A DNA stretch of 32,302 nucleotides from a virus (Duplodnaviria > Caudoviricetes): the IMG/VR virus record IMGVR_UViG_3300020045_016449, positions 1-32,302 of that record. One strand, given 5' to 3'. The notes under the pieces were generated by a model that worked only from the letters and a program-made list of their open reading frames with translations, did no database searches and was not told the origin of the DNA. Positions 26,803 to 32,302 of this stretch are shown here, one piece after another. Both the position numbers and the translations under genes were made by a program. Numbering within the stretch: the first letter of the stretch is position 1; every line of letters begins with the position of its first letter.

Positions 26803-28137
26803 ATGAAAAAAGAAAATATTGTAATAGTTGGAGCTGGAGTAGTAGGAATACATGCTGCTACTAAATTAATAGATGGGGGATATCCTGGAAATTTAATAAC
26901 AATTTTAGATGCAGGAAAAGATCCCTATAAAAGACCTGAAACTGAATTAATGAAAGGATTCGCAGGTTGCGGTATGAAAAGTGATGGTAAATATACTAGA
27001 TCAACTAGTGTAGGGGGGCAGTTATCAAAATATTGTGGAGAAGAAAAAGCATATCAATTAATGGATGAAACTATAGAAATGTTAAAAAGATTCCATCCTG
27101 AACCTAATGAAATAATCAAATCTGAACCTATAGAGGAACCAGATTTTATTAAACCTTATTTTAATTTAAGATTATTTCCTGTGTGGCATGTTGGGACAAA
27201 TTTTTTAGATCAAACAAGTAAAATTTGGTATGATTGGTTAGTTGAAAAAGGGGTAATTTTTTTATTTGATACTGAAGTTATAGATATTCAATTTGAACAT
27301 AATTGCATTGATTATTATCAAACAAATATTATATTAGAAGGTAGAACACGTGGAAGTAGACAAGGACAAATTGATTATGATAAATTAATATATGCTACTG
27401 GAAAATCAGGAATAGATTTAACTCAAAAATTAATTAAAAAATATAATTTAGAAACGGAACCTAAAAGCTCTCAAATTGGTGTAAGATTTCAAACATCTCA
27501 AAATTATTTTAAAAAATTAGTTGAATTAGCTTATGATTTTAAATTATATCAAAATGATGGAAAAGTTTCTATACGTAGTTTTTGTACAAATAATAATTGT
27601 GCTTATGTTGCTGAGGAGATAACTTATGATATGAAATCATTTAATGGGCATTCTACTAGAAATCAAGATGATTTTAATAATATGACTAATTTTGGTATAA
27701 TAATGGAAATTAAAGGAATTGAAAATCCATTTGATTGGACTAAAGAATTAGTTAGAAAATGTCAAATAAGCGGAAAAGGATTATATTATTCCCCAAATAA
27801 AACTAGAAAACCAGGATTAACTTTAGAAAAAAATAATTTTAATATTGAAGAAATAGATAATTTAAATTCATTTAAAGAAATATATGGTGAATATGCTAAT
27901 TATATTATTAAATTTATAGATGATTTAAACAAAGTTTTTAATTTTGAAAATGATTATGGTATTTTCATTCCTGAAATAAAATACCTTTCTGAGGAAGTAT
28001 TAGTTAATTATAATAATTTATCATTAATTAACTATCCAAATGTTCACTTTGCTGGAGATTCTTTAAGTTCAAGAGGAATTGTAATTTCTGCTTGTCATGG
28101 TTTATACATAGCAGAAAATTTTTTAAAAAATATATAA
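26803..28137 (+). CDS. FAD-dependent oxidoreductase (COG2509-like)
   Basis: IVIVGAGVVG Rossmann motif, GFAGCGMKSDGK, ATGKSG, IGVRF, RSFCTN, FAGDSLSSRGI. Confidence 0.88.
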   Translation: MKKENIVIVGAGVVGIHAATKLIDGGYPGNLITILDAGKDPYKRPETELMKGFAGCGMKSDGKYTRSTSVGGQLSKYCGEEKAYQLMDETIEMLKRFHPEPNEIIKSEPIEEPDFIKPYFNLRLFPVWHVGTNFLDQTSKIWYDWLVEKGVIFLFDTEVIDIQFEHNCIDYYQTNIILEGRTRGSRQGQIDYDKLIYATGKSGIDLTQKLIKKYNLETEPKSSQIGVRFQTSQNYFKKLVELAYDFKLYQNDGKVSIRSFCTNNNCAYVAEEITYDMKSFNGHSTRNQDDFNNMTNFGIIMEIKGIENPFDWTKELVRKCQISGKGLYYSPNKTRKPGLTLEKNNFNIEEIDNLNSFKEIYGEYANYIIKFIDDLNKVFNFENDYGIFIPEIKYLSEEVLVNYNNLSLINYPNVHFAGDSLSSRGIVISACHGLYIAENFLKNI

Positions 28138-28159
28138 TTATGGAAATATAAATAACTAA

Positions 28160-28167
28160 ATATTTAT
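28160..28167 (+). promoter_or_regulatory. ATATTTAT motif, candidate late promoter
   Basis: 18 nt before ATG 28186. Confidence 0.55.
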
Positions 28168-28185
28168 TATCACAAATTGAAAATA

Positions 28186-29154
28186 ATGAAGGAACCAATA
28201 TTAAAATTAATTAAAGAGCAAGTTCGCATAGTTAAAAAATTACCACTTCGTATTGATGAATCCAATGAACATGCTTTAGAAGAAGGATGGAAAGAAAACA
28301 TAATTGCTTTGGCAACAGCAGCTGCAGGTTTGGTTGGTTCTGTTAAAGGTCAATCTTCATTACGTAAATATGATATACCACTACAAACTCAAATAACTCA
28401 ACCAAATAAAGATACATTACGAATAGATTTTGGTACTACTTTTAAAGCAGGTAGATATACATTTAGCAAAGAAAAAATAGAAGAATTATCAAATAAATTT
28501 AAACAAATTTCTCAATTTTTAACTAATCATCCAAATGCTAATTTTAAGATAAATATTATTGCTTCTGAATCAAAAGTACCAAATTATGATATGGAACCAA
28601 ATTCTGTTACTTTTAAACAAAAATTAAGTAATGGTGAATTAGCAAATAAACGTGCTGAAGCAATTAAAATAGCTTTAAATACATTTGAAAATAATTTAAG
28701 GAATGAAGGTATTAAATTTGGTAAAATAAATATTTTACCACCAAAAACATTGATAGGAGGACCAGAATGGAAACAAGGAGAAAAATCAAATGATCCAAAA
28801 TATATAGAACATCAATATGTTAAAATTGAAATAATAGCTGAAAATATTGTTTCAAAAGGATTTGATTTTAGTGCATTTGCAACTGAAAATGAGAGTATGT
28901 TTGATCTAAATAGACATATAATAGCTAGGATATTTGTTAGAACTAGAGAAACTAATGATATTAATCAACAAGGTAATACTGATACAGGTCATGAAGATGT
29001 ATTAGTAAGGTTTGTTAATGGTAATACAGGTAAGTTTATTGGGGAAGATTACTTATTAAAATCATCATGGTGGAATAAAAATGTAGGTACAAGTAATCAG
29101 ATGAATAATGAATTAATGTTGAAAATTAAGCAAAATGGTAAAAAGATTTTTTAA
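28186..29154 (+). CDS. Protein with internal hydrophobic segment and OmpA-C-like domain
   Basis: ALEE-GWKENIIALATAAAGLVGSVKG, then FKAGRY...INIIASES...LANKRAEAIK...QYVKIEI. ATG 28186 preferred over TTG 28177. Confidence 0.6.
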   Translation: MKEPILKLIKEQVRIVKKLPLRIDESNEHALEEGWKENIIALATAAAGLVGSVKGQSSLRKYDIPLQTQITQPNKDTLRIDFGTTFKAGRYTFSKEKIEELSNKFKQISQFLTNHPNANFKINIIASESKVPNYDMEPNSVTFKQKLSNGELANKRAEAIKIALNTFENNLRNEGIKFGKINILPPKTLIGGPEWKQGEKSNDPKYIEHQYVKIEIIAENIVSKGFDFSAFATENESMFDLNRHIIARIFVRTRETNDINQQGNTDTGHEDVLVRFVNGNTGKFIGEDYLLKSSWWNKNVGTSNQMNNELMLKIKQNGKKIF

Positions 29155-29195
29155 AAAATCCAAAATTTTTTATTTAATTTTACAAAAAGATTTTT

Positions 29196-29348
29196 ATGAA
29201 CATAATAAAAAGATGGATATGTTTAATATTAATTTTTATATATTCATGTAATAAATACCCCAATACTCAACATGGTTATGATATTTTAATTCAAAAATCT
29301 ATTAATAAAACTATTGATCAATTAATTAATGATGGTTATATTAAATAA
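29196..29348 (+). CDS. Small predicted lipoprotein (50 aa, below the ORF-track cutoff)
   Basis: MNIIKRWICLILIFIYSC-NKYPNTQHGYDILIQKSINKTIDQLINDGYIK: basic n-region, hydrophobic h-region, Cys18 lipobox-like. Fills the intergenic gap. Confidence 0.6.
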   Translation: MNIIKRWICLILIFIYSCNKYPNTQHGYDILIQKSINKTIDQLINDGYIK

Positions 29349-29356
29349 TTTTTTAC

Positions 29357-29364
29357 ATATTTAT
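29357..29364 (+). promoter_or_regulatory. ATATTTAT motif, candidate late promoter
   Basis: 17 nt before ATG 29382. Confidence 0.6.
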
Positions 29365-29381
29365 TACAAATACACTTAATT

Positions 29382-29654
29382 ATGAATATACCTCAACTTA
29401 AATGGTTAGTTCGTGAAGAAATTAATAAAATTAAACAAAACAATCCAACCCCAACTAAACCAAAAGATAAACCAGAAGTTCATCCAGGTACCCCAGAAAA
29501 ACCCAAAAAACGCAGACCATTAACGCCACCCAAGGAATCTCCCCAACCCGGACCAAAAGCAATGAAAGAAGATTGTGATTGTAATAAAGTTAATGAAAGT
29601 GAACGTGAAATTCTTAATAAAATTACACAACGTTTTAGATCTAGAAAAAAATGA
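29382..29654 (+). CDS. Small Pro/Lys-rich hypothetical protein
   Basis: QLKWLVREEI leader. ATGA overlap with the next gene. Confidence 0.7.
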   Translation: MNIPQLKWLVREEINKIKQNNPTPTKPKDKPEVHPGTPEKPKKRRPLTPPKESPQPGPKAMKEDCDCNKVNESEREILNKITQRFRSRKK

Positions 29655-30727
29655 AACATATACACGAAGTAGAATATAAAAAAATATTCAAACCCGAAAC
29701 AATAGAATTACTTAAAGGTAAGTCTGCTGAATCTTTACGTCAATTATTAGGTAATAAAAATTTAATGCAAACAATGGTAGAATCATCTAGATTATTACCA
29801 AAAATTATTGAAGCTGAAAAAGATTATAGAGATGAATTAGAAATGGTAGCTGTACAAATGGTTAAAGATGCTTATCCAATTGTTGAATATGCTGGGATTG
29901 AAATTGATGCCAAAATTGATATGGAACTTAATATTGGTAATGTTGATATGAAACCCTCTAAAGAAGAATGGGAAGAATTACCACAGGATAAACGTAGAAG
30001 AATTATTAATGGTATTACCCAAGGTAGTTCTATTAGAGGTGCTTTTGGTTTTATGTTATTTAGAGAATATATAGATCAATTAGATGATACACTTGTTCAA
30101 AAATATAATGATATATTAAAATTATCATTTGGAATTTATGATAATGAAGAAGCTATTGCTTTAATGTTACAAATGCTTAATCAAAATCGTAAAATTGAGG
30201 GAGGTAAAGTATATATTAAAATAAATGTTCCTGAAAATGATGAAGAAGAGAGTGAAGAAGGTGAAGAAGAACCCAAACTAACAATTGTAGCTCGAGCTGT
30301 TTGTTTTCCAATGTTGGTTCATGAAATAGTAAAGGGTTTATATGAAATATTATCATTACAAGGATTTTCAGGTAATAAAAAACAAAATCAAGATATTGTA
30401 GATAAAATAGATAAAATACAAAATGAACCTGATGATTTACGTTATGGAAAATTTATATATGATGCCATAAGTAATTTATATAATAATTCTCAATATGATG
30501 ATGCTCGTATTCGTGAATTATTATTTGTAGAATTATATAAATTGCCTGATGATGAATTTTTTCCTTTTATAGAAAATACAATAAATGGAAAATTATTGCC
30601 TTCTCAAAAGAAATGGGTAGAAGAAACTATGAGAGATATAAATAATGATTTAAAGGCTGACGATGCTGATGATGTTTTATATGAAAGAATGCAAAAATTA
30701 GCTAATATAAAAAAGAAAGATAAATGA
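29651..30727 (+). CDS. Hypothetical acidic protein
   Basis: 358-aa ORF with KRRRIINGITQG, FPMLVHEIVKGLYE and terminal ERMQKLANI. Function not recognisable. Confidence 0.75.
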   Translation: MKHIHEVEYKKIFKPETIELLKGKSAESLRQLLGNKNLMQTMVESSRLLPKIIEAEKDYRDELEMVAVQMVKDAYPIVEYAGIEIDAKIDMELNIGNVDMKPSKEEWEELPQDKRRRIINGITQGSSIRGAFGFMLFREYIDQLDDTLVQKYNDILKLSFGIYDNEEAIALMLQMLNQNRKIEGGKVYIKINVPENDEEESEEGEEEPKLTIVARAVCFPMLVHEIVKGLYEILSLQGFSGNKKQNQDIVDKIDKIQNEPDDLRYGKFIYDAISNLYNNSQYDDARIRELLFVELYKLPDDEFFPFIENTINGKLLPSQKKWVEETMRDINNDLKADDADDVLYERMQKLANIKKKDK

Positions 30728-32302
30728 TTAAACTTTTAACATTACTTAAAGAGTATTCTGAAAAAACCATTAATGGAATGGTTCAGTTATATAAAACCCA
30801 AACCAAAGATTCAGAAGACCAAATTAAGACAAATATTAAGCGTTTTCAACAATTAACAGATGCTATTGCAAAAAAATTGCAAGATAATAATCCTTTAGTA
30901 GTAAATGCTATTCCTGATGAATTAAAAAATAATAATAAATTTCGTGATATTACATTATATAAAGATTATAATTTATTTTTAAGAGTATTAAAAGCAGTAG
31001 ATGCTAAACCTATAGATGTATATAAACAAGCTATTGAATATTATAAGAAACAAAATAAATATGAAGATCCTAGAACTATAGGTAATTATGTAGCTCGTTT
31101 TAAACAAAATTTAAATGCTTTAATTGAAAAGGTAGAAGATAATGATGAAGAAGCCTTAAGAATAATACCTAAACAATTATTACAAAATAATGCTTATAAA
31201 AATATATTGAATTGGCATGATTTTCAAAAAATGGAACATGTTATGGATGGTTTGTTTCCTTTAATAAATGTTGGGGGAGATAATGAAAATGATGCTGAAA
31301 CTGATGCTGATAAAGTTTATGAAAACGCTGAAACTGGTATAGAAATATATAAAGGAGATGAAGAACATAAATGTATTAAATATTCTAAAGGATATTCATG
31401 GTGTATAGGTAGGACAATGTATTCTAATTATAGATACATGCAATCCGAAGGTAAAAATAGGATGTTTTATTTTGTATTTGATCGTACTCAATCAAAAGAA
31501 AATAGGTATCATGTTGTAGTAATTCATGTAAATGAAAAAGGATTATATACAAGAACAACTTCAAGAAATGATGGTGATGAACCTTATGGAGGGACTACAT
31601 GGAATGATTTTGGAAAAAGTTTTGAAGGAAGTGATGGTCAAAGATTATGGAATAAAATAAAAGGATTACAAAAATATTTTCCATTTATTAAACCAAATAA
31701 AGAAGAATTAAGAAGATTAGGATTCAGAGGTAAAAAATTAACATTAGATTCATTTATTGATTTAGATCCAGAGGATAAAGTAGATTGGTTAAGAGCAAAC
31801 GCTGAAGATAGAAGTATAGTAACTCCTGAAATTGTAAAATCATTACCTCCATTTGGAAATGGTTCTAAAAATGATTTGATTAATTATGGTAGACTTTTTA
31901 GTTTTGATGAATTAAAAGGAAATGTAGGATTATTAAAAAGATATTCTGATTATAGATTTACTAGATATCGTACTGAACCTCTTCCATATGAATTTATTCC
32001 ATATTTAAAAGAAGAATTACAACGTTTATATTTTGATACATTTGAAGTTGAATATTTAACATATGATGAAGTTGAAAAATATTTTTCTAAAAATATATTA
32101 AATGAATATATTGATAAACAAATAAAAAAGTTTGGATTTTTACCAGAAGAATCTGTTAAATATATGAATGATAAACAAATTAAAATATATAATTCATATT
32201 CAATTCCATATAAAGATGTACAATATTTTGGTAATCCATCATTACAAGATATCAAAGCTCCTTCCCGTATGGCTATGATACCAATAATAAGTTATAAAAC
32301 AT
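30724..32302 (+). CDS. Large leader-bearing protein, 3'-truncated (absent from the ORF track)
   Basis: ATG 30724, MIKLLTLLKE-YSEK. Frame read manually with no stop to the window end. Contains CIKYSKGYSWCI...FYFVFD. Confidence 0.85.
   Translation, partial: MIKLLTLLKEYSEKTINGMVQLYKTQTKDSEDQIKTNIKRFQQLTDAIAKKLQDNNPLVVNAIPDELKNNNKFRDITLYKDYNLFLRVLKAVDAKPIDVYKQAIEYYKKQNKYEDPRTIGNYVARFKQNLNALIEKVEDNDEEALRIIPKQLLQNNAYKNILNWHDFQKMEHVMDGLFPLINVGGDNENDAETDADKVYENAETGIEIYKGDEEHKCIKYSKGYSWCIGRTMYSNYRYMQSEGKNRMFYFVFDRTQSKENRYHVVVIHVNEKGLYTRTTSRNDGDEPYGGTTWNDFGKSFEGSDGQRLWNKIKGLQKYFPFIKPNKEELRRLGFRGKKLTLDSFIDLDPEDKVDWLRANAEDRSIVTPEIVKSLPPFGNGSKNDLINYGRLFSFDELKGNVGLLKRYSDYRFTRYRTEPLPYEFIPYLKEELQRLYFDTFEVEYLTYDEVEKYFSKNILNEYIDKQIKKFGFLPEESVKYMNDKQIKIYNSYSIPYKDVQYFGNPSLQDIKAPSRMAMIPIISYKT

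Noticed and set aside
1388-32255. All minus-strand ORFs and nested short ORFs in the track (e.g. 1388..1570, 7501..7692, 15000..15344, 31950..32255)
   Set aside because: They lie inside or largely overlap longer, motif-bearing + strand genes and have no recognisable features; they are shadow ORFs.

Overview
This is a very AT-rich, densely packed window with all genes on the + strand. It looks like a fragment of a large T4-like (myovirus/jumbo) phage, probably with a Bacteroidota host. 1-12.1 kb is a baseplate/tail structural block. It is followed by a GIY-YIG nuclease, DNA primase, a PD-(D/E)XK exonuclease, an FAD-dependent oxidoreductase and many hypothetical proteins. Four free-standing homing endonucleases (2 GIY-YIG, 2 HNH) are scattered through the window. 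The most striking feature is a dispersed family of modular genes wedged between the core genes. Nine ORFs start with a 9-10 residue leader M-[IY]-[KT]-L-x-x-[IL]-x-x-E. About 20 junction motifs (x-x-E-I-[KR]-[VI]) divide these and two larger ORFs into mostly 50-150 aa modules. Eleven modules belong to one hypervariable helical family ('ITPE...YxDL'). The pattern resembles T4 capsid-targeting sequences and prohead-protease sites. I infer a system of capsid-packaged polyproteins cut into many small injected effectors, with visible module birth, shuffling and decay. Other observations: a conserved ATATTTAT upstream motif (candidate late promoter), a 15-bp G.U-containing hairpin before the oxidoreductase, an unannotated small lipoprotein ORF, and strong [ST]-[GAS]-S enrichment in tail proteins. 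All functional calls are motif recognition by eye; no database searches were run.
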